A stretch of DNA of 64,000 bases from Alcaligenaceae bacterium (lineage in GTDB: Bacteria > Pseudomonadota > Gammaproteobacteria > Burkholderiales > Burkholderiaceae_B): assembly GCA_029265795.1 (NCBI GenBank), contig JAJUGV010000002.1, positions 26,873-90,872 of the forward strand. The letters run 5' to 3'. The notes below the pieces were generated by a model. It made no database searches. It was not told where the DNA came from and saw nothing but the letters and a program-made list of their open reading frames with translations. The position numbers and the translations under genes are program-made. Positions 1 through 15,856 of this stretch are shown here, piece after piece. Positions within the stretch are counted from its first letter, which is position 1, and every line of letters begins with the position of its first letter.

Positions 1-213
1 CTGCTTTTCCGTCGCACGGCGCGCAACTTCAATCCGAATGTGGCTATGGCGGGCAAAATCACCATTGTTGAAGTTGAAGAAGTGGTGGATACCGGTACGT
101 TCGATCCAGACAGCATTCATCTACCCGGCATTTACGTACATCGCATCGTCGTCAACCCGAATCCTGAAAAGCGCATCGAGCAGCGCACCGTCCGTAACGT
201 ACAAGGAGCTTGA
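1..213 (+). CDS. scoA: 3-oxoacid CoA-transferase subunit A, 3' end (partial)
   Basis: Manual frame-1 translation [12 protein letters not shown]...[12 protein letters not shown]...[13 protein letters not shown] at 211-213; directly upstream of subunit B. Confidence 0.9.
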   Translation: MLFRRTARNFNPNVAMAGKITIVEVEEVVDTGTFDPDSIHLPGIYVHRIVVNPNPEKRIEQRTVRNVQGA

Positions 214-215
214 AC

Positions 216-872
216 ATGGCCTGGACACGCGATCAAATGGCAGCGCGCGCCGCGCAAGAACTGCAAGACGGCTTCTATGTGAACCTGGGCATCGGTATGC
301 CCACATTGGTGGCTAACCATGTGCCGGAAGGCATCGAAGTCTGGCTGCAATCCGAAAACGGCTTGCTGGGCATCGGTCCCTTCCCGACGGAAGACGAGGT
401 CGATCCAGACCTGATCAACGCTGGTAAGCAGACGGTCACAACGCTGCCCGGTTCGTCCATCTTTTCCTCGGCTGATTCCTTCGCCATGATCCGCGGCGGG
501 AAGATCAACTTGGCCATTCTGGGCGCCATGCAGGTGTCCGAGAAAGGTGATCTGGCCAACTGGATGATTCCCGGCAAGATGGTCAAGGGCATGGGCGGCG
601 CGATGGACCTGGTCGCCGGAGTGGGCCGCGTCGTGGTGCTCATGGATCACGTCGCGCGTAAGAAAGACGGCACGGAAGACCTCAAGCTGCTGCCGGAATG
701 CACGCTGCCGCTGACAGGCGTAGGCGTAGTAGACCGCATCATCACCGATCTCTGCGTGCTGGACGTCACCGAAGACGGTCTCAAGTTGGTTGAGCTTGCC
801 GACGGCGTAACCGTCGACGAAGTCGTCGCCAAGACGGCTGCCAAGCTGGATGTCTCTGCGGTGGCTGCCTGA
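216..872 (+). CDS. scoB: 3-oxoacid CoA-transferase subunit B
   Basis: VNLGIGMPT, catalytic [14 protein letters not shown] motifs; AAGGAG RBS before ATG 216. Confidence 0.93.
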   Translation: MAWTRDQMAARAAQELQDGFYVNLGIGMPTLVANHVPEGIEVWLQSENGLLGIGPFPTEDEVDPDLINAGKQTVTTLPGSSIFSSADSFAMIRGGKINLAILGAMQVSEKGDLANWMIPGKMVKGMGGAMDLVAGVGRVVVLMDHVARKKDGTEDLKLLPECTLPLTGVGVVDRIITDLCVLDVTEDGLKLVELADGVTVDEVVAKTAAKLDVSAVAA

Positions 873-875
873 ACG

Positions 876-4413
<3,538 letters not shown>

Positions 4414-4417
4414 GGCG

Positions 4418-5278
4418 ATGAAACTTTGTGGTGTGGAGGTCGGGCTGGAGCAGCCGTTCTTTCTAATTGCGGGCCCCTGCGTTATTGAATCACGGCAGAT
4501 GGCGTTCGAGACGGCGGCTGCACTGAAAGAACTCACCTCTGAGCTTGGGATCCACTTCATCTACAAGAGCTCCTTTGACAAGGCGAATCGCAGCTCGGGC
4601 CGTTCCTACCGTGGGCCCGGCATGGATGAAGGGCTGCGCATCCTGGCTGATGTTCGTGACGAACTGAAAGTGCCGGTGCTCACCGACGTGCACACCACCG
4701 AACAGGTTGCTGAAGTCGCCGCTGTGGTCGATATCTTGCAGACGCCTGCCTTTCTTTGCCGGCAGACCGATTTCATCCATGCCTGTGCGGCGACGCTGAA
4801 ACCGGTCAATATCAAGAAAGGGCAGTTTCTGGCCCCGCACGACATGGCGCAGGTGGTGGCCAAGGCCAGGCAGGCGGCCCTGGATGCGGGTGGCGACGGC
4901 CACAACATCATGGTGTGCGAACGCGGCGTGTCCTTCGGCTACAACAACCTGGTCTCGGATATGCGCTCGCTGGCGATCATGCGTGAAACCCAGTGTCCGG
5001 TCGTGTTTGACGCCACGCACTCCGTCCAGCTGCCCGGCGGGCAGGGGACATCCTCCGGTGGGCAGCGTCAATTTGTTCCGGTGCTTGCACGCGCGGCGGT
5101 AGCGGCGGGTGTGGCCGGTCTGTTCATGGAAACCCATCCCAACCCCGACGAAGCACTGTCCGACGGGCCGAACGCAGTACCGCTTGCCGAGATGCGTCAG
5201 CTACTCGAATCTCTGCAGGCCATCGACCGTGCTGTCAAGGGTTCCGGTGTACTGCTGAACGAATTCCGGCAAGGCTAG
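4418..5278 (+). CDS. kdsA: KDO8P synthase
   Basis: [27 protein letters not shown]; follows pyrG. Confidence 0.98.
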   Translation: MKLCGVEVGLEQPFFLIAGPCVIESRQMAFETAAALKELTSELGIHFIYKSSFDKANRSSGRSYRGPGMDEGLRILADVRDELKVPVLTDVHTTEQVAEVAAVVDILQTPAFLCRQTDFIHACAATLKPVNIKKGQFLAPHDMAQVVAKARQAALDAGGDGHNIMVCERGVSFGYNNLVSDMRSLAIMRETQCPVVFDATHSVQLPGGQGTSSGGQRQFVPVLARAAVAAGVAGLFMETHPNPDEALSDGPNAVPLAEMRQLLESLQAIDRAVKGSGVLLNEFRQG

Positions 5279-5340
5279 CACCGACAGTCAAGCAGTCCTT
5301 TTTGTTCAGGCACCCATGTGTGCCTGTTCTTCGCTAAAAT

Positions 5341-5370
5341 AATTGACAGGTCAATTGATTATTCAATAAT
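5341..5370 (+). promoter_or_regulatory. Putative promoter with overlapping MarR-type operator
   Basis: Perfect inverted repeat AATTGAC-AG-GTCAATT (5341-5356) containing TTGACA; AATAAT at 5365-5370; upstream of the MFS-MarR pair. Confidence 0.65.
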
Positions 5371-7014
5371 GAAATCATCTCCCGCGCGGAGTCCGGTGGC
5401 AGGCATGCTGTTATCCGTCAGAGAGTCGTTGCTGGCGATGCTGGGACTGGGCTTTGTCACCATGATGGTCGCCATCGATCAAACGGTGGTGAGCACGGCT
5501 TTGCCTACCGTCGTGGCGGAGCTGCGCGGGTTCAGGCTCTATGCCTGGGTCACGACGGCGTACCTGCTGACGTGCATCATCACCATACCGATATTCGGCA
5601 GACTGGGTGACTATTACGGGCGCAAGCCCTTCGTCGTGACGTCTATCGCGCTGTTCCTGGTCGCCTCTGTCACCTGCGGCATGGCACAGTCCATGACGCA
5701 TCTGGTATTGGGGCGTGCGTTGCAGGGCGTGGCCGGGGGAATGATGCTCGGTACGGCCTTTGCGGTGGTGCCCGATCTTTTCCCAGATCCCCGTGTACGT
5801 CTGCGCTGGCAGATCGTGCTTAGCAGTTGCTTCGGAATCGCCAATGCGGTTGGGCCATCGCTCGGCGGTTTTCTCACGTACTACATGGGCTGGCGCACAG
5901 TCTTTTTCATGAATGTGCCGCTGGGCTTAGGGGGGCTGTACTTCATTATGCGGCACTTGCCTCACATTCGTCAGATGCAGGCGACCGACGTGCGACTCGA
6001 TTGGCAGGGCGCCGTGTTGATCGCCATGACATTGGCTGGGCTGCAATTCCTGGTGCAGTGGTTACCTGTCTATGGCGCCAGCCTCGCCATGGTGGGGCTA
6101 GGCCTGTTCACCGTTGCCTGCGCGAGCGCGTTCATCTGGTGGGAAAAACGCTGTACGGCCGCCCTGATACCGCTGGACATGTTTTCGGATCGCAGCGTTT
6201 CCATTATGTGCCTGCTGTCCGTTCTGCTGGGTTTTGTCATGTTCGGCCTGCTCATTTATGTGCCGCTGTTGCTGCAGGGTGGCTTTGGCCTGAGCGCACG
6301 GCAAGTGGGGGTGCTGATCACACCGTTGGTGGTATCCATTACGGTCGGCAGTATCTTCAGCTCGCGTATTGTGCCGCGAATGCGAAAACCGGCCTACATC
6401 CTGCATGCGGGTTTTGGGCTGCTGGCGGTATGTGGTGCGAGCTTACTGCTGACTGGTTCTCAAACGCCGCGGTTTTGGCTCGTAACAAGCCTCGTGGGCT
6501 GTGGCGTCGGCTTGGGTATGCTCATGCCGAATCTCACAATTTTCATTCAGGAACTGGTGGACCGATCACGTCTGGGAATATCAACAGCAATGTTGCAATC
6601 CACGCGCATGGTCGGCGGCATGATCGGTACTGCGGTCATCGGCTCGGTCATCAGCCACTATTACATCGAGCGTGTGCGCGAACTTGATATTTCGGCATTT
6701 GGCAAAGGCAACTGGCTGTCGCGTCTGGAAGATCCGCAGGTTTTGGTGAATGCGCAGGTGCAAAGCGAATTCATTGCCACACTGCAGCGTCAAGGGCTGC
6801 ATGGTGAAACCTTCATTCTGTATGCGCGCGAGGCCCTCGTGTGGGGCATCCATGCCGGCCTGGTTCTGTCCGTCGTCATGGCGGTCATCGGTCTGTTATG
6901 GCTGCTGCGTTTGCCTGCGTTCGAATTCGCGCACAGGCGCAGTAACGTGGAATCAGGTAAACCGGCTCGCTCGCAAAGCGAATCTGCTGTTGAATCAAAA
7001 GGGCAGGCTCAGGC

Positions 7015-7018
<4 letters not shown>
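5369..7018 (+). CDS. MFS drug-efflux transporter (DHA2/EmrB-QacA type)
   Basis: DQTVVSTALP, GRLGDYYGRK motif A, many TM segments; start could instead be ATG 5405. Confidence 0.9.
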
Positions 7019-8888
<1,870 letters not shown>

Positions 8889-8933
8889 GACCGTGCCCGG
8901 CCGTGACAGGCGGCCGGGCCATCTCACACAGCC

Positions 8934-9263
8934 ATGCGCCTGCTGCTTATCGTTCTGGTTCTGCTGACCGCCATGACTCAATACCCGCTCTGGTGGGGAA
9001 AGGGTGGTTGGCTGCGAGTGCGCGAGCTGCAGGCAAAGCTGCAAGCTCAAGAAGAAACCAACGAGGCCCTGACCGCCCGCAATAACGCATTGGCGGCAGA
9101 AGTGCAGGACCTCACGGCCGGTACTGACGCTATCGAAGAGCGGGCCCGTACGGAAATGGGGCTGGTGCAGAAAGACGAAATCTTTGTGCACTTACCACCG
9201 GTGGGTCAATCGCAGCAGCCGGGGCAGTCATCTGCAGGGGCTGCCGCGTCGGGATCCAGATAG
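8934..9263 (+). CDS. ftsB: Cell division protein FtsB
   Basis: QYPLWWGKGG, coiled coil, IEERARTEMGLV; follows eno. Confidence 0.96.
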   Translation: MRLLLIVLVLLTAMTQYPLWWGKGGWLRVRELQAKLQAQEETNEALTARNNALAAEVQDLTAGTDAIEERARTEMGLVQKDEIFVHLPPVGQSQQPGQSSAGAAASGSR

Positions 9264-10249
9264 ACGTCTGCTGGACCGCCGCTTTCGTTCACCGCCTGCC
9301 CGTCTTCGACTACACGCACGGCGCCGTCCCCTGCCTGGCCGGTATCGCCCGATGCACTTCCGCCGTTGGCCGATGCATTCCCGCTGTCGGCCGCTGTTTG
9401 CTCGCTATAAGACCCGACTTCGCCGGGCGGGTTCACGTTAGTGTCGGGGCTGGTGGGTTCGTTCAGTGCCGTATTGCGAACGACGCGCCCATGCGCGGGC
9501 GTATCCCAGTTGACGGCATGCGATTGCATCACCAGCGCCACCTGCCTGTGTATGGGCAGAAAGCCGGCGGACGCCATGGCGCGCGAGCCGTAGCGTGTGT
9601 CAGCCGGCGCGAGTTGTTTCAGGAGCTGCTTCATGCCGGGCAATAGGGGTTCATGCAGCCAGGTGAGCTTAAGTTGCAAGGTATTGGCTTCGAGTGTGGT
9701 CTGGCCGGAGTGCGGACCACGGCCTTGCGGCCACCCCTGGGCCAAGCGCGACAGGTGCTGCTCTTGCAGATAATCGTTATCGATGACCGGCCGGCCCCCA
9801 CCACCGAGTTCAGGGTTCGTGGAAGCGAAATCAGCAAAGCTGGCAACTGAGGGCGAGATAATGCGAATTTGCCAGGCCGGCAGACCGGTAGCGGCCTCCC
9901 GTCGATAAATAGCACGTGCCAAGCGCGCCTGGCTAACAGCTGGTGTTGGGCCCGCATGCAGGGGAAGTAAGGCTGAGGTGAAGGCTGAATCGAGTACTGC
10001 AGGGTCGGCATGTTGGGTGATGGCCGCGCGGCCTGCCTGTACGAGCGCGAGGCTGATAGCTTGCCGTACAAAATACCAGTGTATGAATTCGATGCTGCCC
10101 AGTGCCAGCAACAGAAGTGGTGCGGCCGCCACCAGAAACTCTACCGCGCCTTGCCCGAGCTGACGGGTAGGATGGCGCGACCGGAATCCCTGCGGGTCGC
10201 CGGCAGCGAGTGTGCGAAGTAGGGTGCTGTGTGGAACAAGGCGGTGCAT
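9206..10249 (-). CDS. TadE/TadG-like pseudopilin-domain protein
   Basis: Prepilin-type GQGAVEF followed by hydrophobic LVAAAPLLLLALG; long C-terminal extension. Confidence 0.7.
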   Translation of the reverse strand: MHRLVPHSTLLRTLAAGDPQGFRSRHPTRQLGQGAVEFLVAAAPLLLLALGSIEFIHWYFVRQAISLALVQAGRAAITQHADPAVLDSAFTSALLPLHAGPTPAVSQARLARAIYRREAATGLPAWQIRIISPSVASFADFASTNPELGGGGRPVIDNDYLQEQHLSRLAQGWPQGRGPHSGQTTLEANTLQLKLTWLHEPLLPGMKQLLKQLAPADTRYGSRAMASAGFLPIHRQVALVMQSHAVNWDTPAHGRVVRNTALNEPTSPDTNVNPPGEVGSYSEQTAADSGNASANGGSASGDTGQAGDGAVRVVEDGQAVNESGGPADVYLDPDAAAPADDCPGCCD

Positions 10250-10329
10250 TCCTGCAGTGTGCGGGGCGGCCGCCGCCTTGTCGATTGTGGAGAGTGCGTA
10301 AGGGTAGCGCCGCGGTAATGCTAAGGGTA

Positions 10330-11280
10330 TTAGTGCAAGGTACGTGAACCGCTATCGTCGACGTTTTCCATGAAGAGCCCCGCGCAGTCGACGGCATCGA
10401 ATTCGTATGGCTTACCGCAGAAGTTGCAAGAAACTTGTACCGTTTCACGCTCTGCAAGCAAAGACTCGATTTCTTCGCGACCAAGCATGCGCAGCATGTT
10501 ACCCACCCGGGTGCGCGAGCAGGGGCAATACCAGCAGAGGTTGCGGGATTCGAGTTCGAGCAGAGATTCCTGCCAGAAGAGACGATGAATAATGGTGTCG
10601 ATATTGGCCTGCAGCAATTCAGCAGGGGTCAGTGTGGACGCCAGATGAATGATGCGATTCCATGATTCCGCCCGGGTGTGCGGATCGCTTGCGGTAGTCG
10701 AACCGGCGCCCGCGGGGCTGTCGTTGCTGGTCGTGCCGCCCGCGTCGGGCAGGCGCTGCAATAGTACGCCACAGGCATTTTGGCCGTTTGCCGCCAACCA
10801 CATGCGGGTGTCGAGCTGTTCTGAATTGCGCATGTACGCTTCCAGCACCTCCGCCACCGTATCGCCTTCCATGGGGACGATACCCTGGTACGGCGCCATG
10901 TCGGTGTCACGGCCGGGATCGAGTAGAACCGTGAAACGACCCGCACCGTTCGCATTCAGCAGCGTTTGTAGATTGCCATCGGTCGGAACGAGATCAGGGT
11001 CACGCAGATTGACTGTGGCGCGAAAGGTGAGTTCGGATGTGCACTCGACCACAATCAGCGTGACCGGCCCGTCGCCCTGCAGCTGCAGTACCACCGAGCC
11101 ATTGAACTTGATGTTGGTAGCCAGCAGGACCGCCGCCGCCGTCAGTTCGCCCAGCAGGCTGCGTATGGCTTCGGGGTAGGGCTGGTGGGAGAGGCCGGTC
11201 TGCCAGGCCGATTCCAGACGTACCGCCTGGATGCGTGCGCTGTTATCGGCCATGAGGTATTTTTTGAAGATGTCCGTCAT
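10330..11280 (-). CDS. hslO: Hsp33 redox chaperone
   Basis: QLQGDGP, YQGIV, SEQLDT, Zn-binding CPCS and CNFC. Confidence 0.96.
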   Translation of the reverse strand: MTDIFKKYLMADNSARIQAVRLESAWQTGLSHQPYPEAIRSLLGELTAAAVLLATNIKFNGSVVLQLQGDGPVTLIVVECTSELTFRATVNLRDPDLVPTDGNLQTLLNANGAGRFTVLLDPGRDTDMAPYQGIVPMEGDTVAEVLEAYMRNSEQLDTRMWLAANGQNACGVLLQRLPDAGGTTSNDSPAGAGSTTASDPHTRAESWNRIIHLASTLTPAELLQANIDTIIHRLFWQESLLELESRNLCWYCPCSRTRVGNMLRMLGREEIESLLAERETVQVSCNFCGKPYEFDAVDCAGLFMENVDDSGSRTLH

Positions 11281-11324
11281 CAGCGTATTTTAATCGTTAG
11301 TGCAGCATTATGGGCGGCGGTGCG

Positions 11325-13013
11325 TCAGCGTTTGCGCCCCGCACGGGCGGGTTTGGCACCGACTTTTGCCAACATGCTGCGCTGTTGTTCGCGTGCGCGC
11401 AAAACATGGCGTCGAATTTGGCCGTCAGCCGTGGTAGGCAGACGGTCAACGAATTCGATCTCTTGTGGCATCTGCCACGACGCAAGGCGATCACAGACAT
11501 GGTTCTGAAGTGCAGTATTCAGCTCTGTGTGGTCAAAGCCTGGTGCGGCCACGACAAAAGCCTTGATGGCGTGGCCGCGTGAACCCTGCGGTTTAGGAAT
11601 GATCGCCACATTGACGACACCGGGGTGCTGCTTAAGGCAGTCTTCGATTTCGAGTGGGCTGACGCGGTGACCCCCCGCCCGGAACACGTCGTCGACGCGG
11701 CCAAGAAACCAGAAGTAGCCGTCTTCGTCGACTGAAGCCATGTCTCCTGTGAGAAACCAATCGTTTTGGTAGCGTGCCTGGGTGAGCGCTTCATTGGCCC
11801 AATAAGACAGGAAAAGGCAAGGGTCCGGGTAGCCGTTGGCATCGAAGCGGTGGAGTGCAAGCTGGCCGGCGGAGCCGGTCCGGCAGGGTTGACCCTGCGC
11901 ATTGAGCAGGGCGATGCGATGACCGGGAATGGGGCGGCCCAGACTGCCGGCACGTAGCGGCCATCTTTCGTGACTGTGCCCCAGTATGCCAGGCGCTTCT
12001 GTCAGCCCGTAAATTTCGTTGGCGGGGGCGCCCAGGTAGCCGGCGGCCCATTCGCGTATGGTGGGTGACAGGGTTTCGCCTGTGGTGCAGAGGGCGCGCA
12101 GCGACACGTTGTTGGTGGAAATGCCGCCCACTGCGGCTTCGTGCATATGAGCGAGATCACTGGGCAACAGCAACGTGTGGGTGACGGGCAGGCGGTTGAG
12201 CAGCGAAATGGCGTCGCCGCCGCGTGTGGGCAGCTCGGTGCTGATGAGCGCACGGCCAAAGTACAGTACCGTCAGCAACCCATGAAGAAGGCCGGGTGCC
12301 GTGGTCCAGTCAATGGGGCTCCAGAAAAGATCGGCCGACTGAGGATACCAATTTTGTGCCGCCACGAAGGCGGGCAAGACGCCTATGAGCACCCTGTGTG
12401 CATGCAAGACGCCCTTCGGCATGCCGGTGGTGCCGGCGGTGTACAGAAGCAGAGCGGCGTCATCCGCGCGAGTGGTGACCGTGCGAAATGTGGCGGACTC
12501 GCGTGCCTGCAGAGAGCGCCACGATAACGTGTAGTCGTTTTCGAAGCCCAAGCCCACCAGTTGCTGTACGCCCGGACATTGCTCCATGATGATGGCAAGC
12601 TCGGGGGCGGCGGTGCTGTCAGCGATGATGCATCGGGCTTCGGCATCGCGCAGCCGCAATGCTAAGCCGTCTGTGCCCAACTGAGGTGATAGCGGCACAA
12701 GCACCGCCCCCACACCCAAAACTGCCAGCGCTGCGGCGACGGCTTCCGGGCGCTGAGCCATAATGAGCGCCACCCGATCACCTTTTTGGACGCCCATCTT
12801 GATAAGGCCGTTGGCCAAGCGGTTCGATACATCTGCTAAGCGCCGGTACGACCATTCAGCACGCTCGCCCGAGGCGTATTCGTGCAGAATGGCGATGCGG
12901 CGACCTTCCGCCACATTCGCTGCCCACCGCTGCAGGCACACCTGGGCGATATTGAACTGGTCGGGCACCAGCCATTGGTAAGAGGAATACAGAACCTGAT
13001 GCTGATCGCTCAT
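11325..13013 (-). CDS. AMP-binding acyl-CoA synthetase
   Basis: YTAGTTGMPKG, YGLTE, TGD, GRVDD ANL-family motifs. Confidence 0.9.
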   Translation of the reverse strand: MSDQHQVLYSSYQWLVPDQFNIAQVCLQRWAANVAEGRRIAILHEYASGERAEWSYRRLADVSNRLANGLIKMGVQKGDRVALIMAQRPEAVAAALAVLGVGAVLVPLSPQLGTDGLALRLRDAEARCIIADSTAAPELAIIMEQCPGVQQLVGLGFENDYTLSWRSLQARESATFRTVTTRADDAALLLYTAGTTGMPKGVLHAHRVLIGVLPAFVAAQNWYPQSADLFWSPIDWTTAPGLLHGLLTVLYFGRALISTELPTRGGDAISLLNRLPVTHTLLLPSDLAHMHEAAVGGISTNNVSLRALCTTGETLSPTIREWAAGYLGAPANEIYGLTEAPGILGHSHERWPLRAGSLGRPIPGHRIALLNAQGQPCRTGSAGQLALHRFDANGYPDPCLFLSYWANEALTQARYQNDWFLTGDMASVDEDGYFWFLGRVDDVFRAGGHRVSPLEIEDCLKQHPGVVNVAIIPKPQGSRGHAIKAFVVAAPGFDHTELNTALQNHVCDRLASWQMPQEIEFVDRLPTTADGQIRRHVLRAREQQRSMLAKVGAKPARAGRKR

Positions 13014-13126
13014 GTGTTCGATACCTGAGTGTCAGGACGTAGTGGGCACCATGTATCAGCATGGCCGACTTCGCGATTCTGTGCAATCCCCGACCCTGAC
13101 GCAGCGCTCAGGGGTTTCCCCGGGTT

Positions 13127-13627
13127 CTAGGGCGCTTTGGCATCGACCAGGCGGGTGCGGGCCAGCCTGTCATGCAAAAACTGACCGTCGCGATCGAACC
13201 AGCTCCAGACGAAAATAATGAATGGAGCGAAAACAATAAGCAGGTCAGTGGAGGTGTAGCCGGTTTTCATGGAGGCCGCCTGCACCAGCAGGGCCCCTAA
13301 GAGCGGCAGGGGCCATAGCAACAAATAGCGAAGCAGCAGCTGCCCAAATGTGGGGCGGGTACCATCGCGCGCCACCAATCGGATGTTCCAGGTCTTCATG
13401 GGCAGCGTTTGTCCGCCACGCCAGCAAGTTAGGAAGTAAACGCCGATTGCCAGAAATAGTATGAATTGACGCAGATGGCGGAACATCAGCGCATCATGGC
13501 TTTCGGTAAGGACATCGAACAGATAACCTACTGCAAAGACAATCCCAAACAGCAGGACGCCTTCATACATCATGCTGGCGAAACGGCGCAGACGCGACGC
13601 GGTGGGAGCTAAGGATGACTGGGACAT
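13127..13627 (-). CDS. RDD family membrane protein
   Basis: RRFASMMYE, GQTLPMKTW, QFLHDRLARTRLV. Confidence 0.88.
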   Translation of the reverse strand: MSQSSLAPTASRLRRFASMMYEGVLLFGIVFAVGYLFDVLTESHDALMFRHLRQFILFLAIGVYFLTCWRGGQTLPMKTWNIRLVARDGTRPTFGQLLLRYLLLWPLPLLGALLVQAASMKTGYTSTDLLIVFAPFIIFVWSWFDRDGQFLHDRLARTRLVDAKAP

Positions 13628-13682
13628 GAGACACTTCACCGATTCAAGGGTGCATCATTATCCATCAGGCGTGTGCGCAAAA

Positions 13683-13708
13683 GAAAGCCGCCCCGGAAGG
13701 CGGCTTTC
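13683..13708. terminator. Rho-independent terminator hairpin
   Basis: GAAAGCCGCC-CCGGAA-GGCGGCTTTC downstream of the 62-aa ORF. Confidence 0.75.
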
Positions 13709-13773
13709 GGTCTCTTTCGACATCTGCACGGCGCACACGCTGATAAATCAGGGCGCCTGAACGGCGTGATGCT

Positions 13774-13962
13774 TCAACGAACAGCGTATTGGCTATTCAG
13801 CGAACTATCGGCGCGCACGTAGCCAAACAGTGCAGCGACGCGATCGGCGATACGCTTGAAGTCAAAAACCGGTGCAAAAGACATCTGGCGACTGATTTCC
13901 TGTTGGATCAGTTCGCGTTCCAGATCGTCGGTGAGTGTCGTGTGATAGTTAAATTGGTTCAT
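13774..13962 (-). CDS. Small hypothetical protein (62 aa)
   Basis: AGGAG RBS, own terminator, fills an intergenic gap. Confidence 0.7.
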   Translation of the reverse strand: MNQFNYHTTLTDDLERELIQQEISRQMSFAPVFDFKRIADRVAALFGYVRADSSLNSQYAVR

Positions 13963-14079
13963 GGCGCGTAGCTCCTAGGGATTACCCTAATTATACGGGT
14001 AAACCCTAGTCATCGCAACTATCGCCGACGATCAGAAACAAAGGGTATATGCGGGTTTTGCATATACGCAACAGGCGCT

Positions 14080-15417
14080 TCAGTCGCGGTAGCTTTTCTC
14101 CACCATGTCAAAACTGAACAGCCGGCAATCCAGCGCACCGTTATAAACCGGGTAGCGACGTTTGGGGCGTAGCCGCATACGCGAGGGGAGCTCCAGATCG
14201 CTGCTAATCACATTCACCTTCCAACCCGCATAGTGTCGCTTCAGATTCTCGGACCATTGTGGCCAAAAGGAATCGTCTTCTTGCATACGCTCGCCGTATG
14301 GGGGGTTAGTGACAATCCAGCCAGGTTCGCAGTCGGCGGTGATGTGGCGCGCGTCGCCCACTTCGAATCGTATGGTATCGGGGGCCAAGTGGGCTCGTTC
14401 CCGGTTCTCTTGCGCCGCGGCGATCGCGCGGGGGTCGATGTCATAACCCAGTAGTGGGGCATCCACCCCGCGTGCGATACGGCTGCGGGCCTCGTCTTTG
14501 ATGTCGCGCCAATGCCGGGCGTTGTGATCGCGCAGCCGCTCGAAGCCGAATGGACGCCAGATGCCAGGGGGCACACCCAAAGCGATCCAGGCCGCTTCAA
14601 TCAGGATGGTGCCACTGCCGCAGAACGGATCCAAGAGGGCAGCGGCAGGATCCCAGTCGGCCAGCGCCAGCAGACCGGCTGCAAGATTTTCGCGCAATGG
14701 GGCCTCGCCTTTGTCGAGGCGCCAGCCGCGTTTAAACAGTGACTCGCCGGTGGTGTCCAGATACAGGGTGGCGCTATGCTCATCAAGGAACAAATGCACT
14801 CTGGCATCCGGCCTGACTGTATCGATATCGGGCCGGTCGCCTTCCCGTTCACGCAGTCGGTCGCAGATGCCGTCTTTTGCGCGAAGGTTGCAGTACTGCA
14901 GGCTCTTCATGGGGCTGCGCACCGCTGAGGTGTCGACCCGCAGCGTGTGTTCCGGGCCGAACCAGCGTTCCCATTCAGTCTCGCGCGCCAATGCAAGAAT
15001 GTCGTCTTCCTGGCGAACAGGAGCATGGGCGAGCTTCAGCAAAATACGGGTGGCCAGGCGCGAGTAGAGGTTGGCCTTGATCACCCCGGTCCAGTCGGCT
15101 TCGAAGTGGCAGCCCGCTCTGGCCTTACGCACATTCTGGTAGTCCAGAGCAGAAAGCTCGGCATGTAAGGCGTCTTCCAGACCGTGCGGGCAGGGCGCGA
15201 ACACCTGGAAGATTTCGAGCGGCCGTGGTGTCTTGCGGCGTTTGGCGACGGGCCGGACCGGCTGGATCTTTTCCTGCTCTAGCCGGGTCTGCGCGATATG
15301 GCGTGCCCTTGCGCCGCTGCGCTTGCGTCGCGATTCGCTCTCCCGTTCATGATCGGCGGGGGCGGCAGGAGTCTTTTTTTTCAGAGTTAGCGTCTTGCGC
15401 GGCTTGGAATCGGTCAT
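14080..15417 (-). CDS. THUMP-domain class I SAM RNA methyltransferase (RlmL-like)
   Basis: GESLFKRGWR, APLRENLAA, DPFCGSGTILIEAA, NPPYGER. Confidence 0.9.
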   Translation of the reverse strand: MTDSKPRKTLTLKKKTPAAPADHERESESRRKRSGARARHIAQTRLEQEKIQPVRPVAKRRKTPRPLEIFQVFAPCPHGLEDALHAELSALDYQNVRKARAGCHFEADWTGVIKANLYSRLATRILLKLAHAPVRQEDDILALARETEWERWFGPEHTLRVDTSAVRSPMKSLQYCNLRAKDGICDRLREREGDRPDIDTVRPDARVHLFLDEHSATLYLDTTGESLFKRGWRLDKGEAPLRENLAAGLLALADWDPAAALLDPFCGSGTILIEAAWIALGVPPGIWRPFGFERLRDHNARHWRDIKDEARSRIARGVDAPLLGYDIDPRAIAAAQENRERAHLAPDTIRFEVGDARHITADCEPGWIVTNPPYGERMQEDDSFWPQWSENLKRHYAGWKVNVISSDLELPSRMRLRPKRRYPVYNGALDCRLFSFDMVEKSYRD

Positions 15418-15425
15418 AGTGCCGT

Positions 15426-15842
15426 TTAGAAAGGTTTGACCACGACCAGCACGAGAACGATGGCCAGCAACAGTACAGGCACTTCGTTGAACCAGCGGTA
15501 GTAGCGGTGGTCACGTGTATTGGCGCGCCGCTCAAAAGTGGCAAGCATGCGCGCACAGGCGTAGTGGTAGGCGATAAGAAGCACAACAAAAAGCAGCTTG
15601 GCGTGCATCCACCCGGAGGTCATCCCGATGCCATAGCCCAGCATGAGCCACAAACCGAACACGATGGCCAGTACACCCAGCGGGGTCATGAAACGATACA
15701 GACGCCGCGCCATGCCGAGCAGGCAATCGTAAGTGCCGGCTTCCTGCGTTTGAGCCAGATTCACGTAGATGCGGGGCAGGTAGAAAAGCCCTGCGAACCA
15801 GGACACGACAAACAGCAGGTGGAGTGTCTTCACCCAAAGCAT
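15426..15842 (-). CDS. hemJ: Protoporphyrinogen oxidase HemJ (CopD-like)
   Basis: WVKTLHL, WFAGLFYLPRIYV, FNEVP, VVVKPF. Confidence 0.88.
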   Translation of the reverse strand: MLWVKTLHLLFVVSWFAGLFYLPRIYVNLAQTQEAGTYDCLLGMARRLYRFMTPLGVLAIVFGLWLMLGYGIGMTSGWMHAKLLFVVLLIAYHYACARMLATFERRANTRDHRYYRWFNEVPVLLLAIVLVLVVVKPF

Positions 15843-15856
15843 GGCGTTTTCCTTTC

